This document shows positions 63,516-64,000 of a stretch of 64,000 bases of DNA, piece by piece. The notes under the pieces were generated by a model. That model was not told where the DNA came from. It saw only the letters and a program-made list of their open reading frames with translations, and searched no databases. The stretch spans positions 7,072,001-7,136,000 of the forward strand of contig CAVTTN010000002.1 in the NCBI GenBank assembly GCA_963737655.1, given 5' to 3'. The stretch comes from an uncultured Planctomycetota bacterium. Its GTDB lineage: Bacteria; Planctomycetota; Planctomycetia; Isosphaerales; Isosphaeraceae. Position 1 is the first letter of the stretch. Every line of letters starts with the position of its first letter. The position numbers and the translations under genes were made by a program.

Positions 63516-64000
63516 TATTCTCCCGCCTGTGTCATGACCTCTTGCCAGAGGGCTGCCGACAATCGCATGCCTCGCGCCCGCAAGAGTTCGAGCGGGATGC
63601 GAACCGAACGGATCGAGCCCCGCGCCTTCGCGTCGAGAAGCAGGCGCAAGGTCCCCGGCTTGGGGATTCCCAGCCGGTCGGCCTCGGCGCGTGCCGCAAG
63701 GTCGTCGAGGACGACCGACGATCCCGGCATGTTCCGGGCCAGCGAGAGGACCGCGAGCTCACCGGCGTCGATCCCGACCCGTCGGATTTCCGCAGGGGGC
63801 GGGGGCGTGTCCACGACGGCGGGCCAGTCGCGAGCCGCCTCGGCTACGAGGCCCTCCGCAGGGTCGTGAGACGCCCCTCTCATCACCTCGTCGAAGACCA
63901 CGGACGGCACGAAGACCGGGACGCTCCCCTCGGGATCGCGGAGCAGGTCAAGCAACGACACCCGAGCCAGGTGGATCAATGGCGAGGCGTTCGCGACGCG
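63515..64000 (-). CDS. DUF3368 PIN-domain protein; start lies beyond the window
   Basis: VANASPLIHLAR, VPSVVFDEV, IDAGELAVL, VLDDLAAR and GTLRLL. Confidence 0.82.
   Translation of the reverse strand, partial: RVANASPLIHLARVSLLDLLRDPEGSVPVFVPSVVFDEVMRGASHDPAEGLVAEAARDWPAVVDTPPPPAEIRRVGIDAGELAVLSLARNMPGSSVVLDDLAARAEADRLGIPKPGTLRLLLDAKARGSIRSVRIPLELLRARGMRLSAALWQEVMTQAGE

Overview
High-GC window from a planctomycete, probably Isosphaeraceae-like. This is inferred from LEPR-xLL-type N-termini, DUF1580, an ECF-sigma/Ser-Thr-kinase pair and planctomycete-style REP repeats. Many genes carry single-base indels, often in homopolymers, which look like long-read consensus errors. From left to right: (1) an MFP plus two RND permeases, each with a low-complexity insertion; (2) a ~2100-aa surface protein with ~17 Ig-like repeats; (3) an M28 peptidase; (4) a tRNA-His 3'-half att scar, an IS701 element, and a decayed type III R-M locus with an embedded RAYT and REPs; (5) a second RND/MFP/TPR/2xTolC/PDZ cluster whose TolC paralogues share sequence-identical blocks; (6) a satellite-like integrative element (integrase, DUF1580, Toprim primase, DUF3987) at a tRNA-Gly 3' half; (7) a lower-GC cargo block bracketed by a ~230-bp palindrome-bearing direct repeat; (8) a kinase with nine near-identical 102-bp TPR repeats; (9) a third tRNA 3' half; (10) a DUF499 ATPase and a DUF3368 PIN gene. 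The best candidate for an undescribed system is the cargo block. It holds an ECF sigma plus kinase divergent from an operon of two cytochromes P460, RclC, a porin, RidA and an RclA-like flavoprotein. A shared ~33-bp promoter-like motif precedes both of its plus-strand units. All family calls come from motif recognition by eye; no database search was run.
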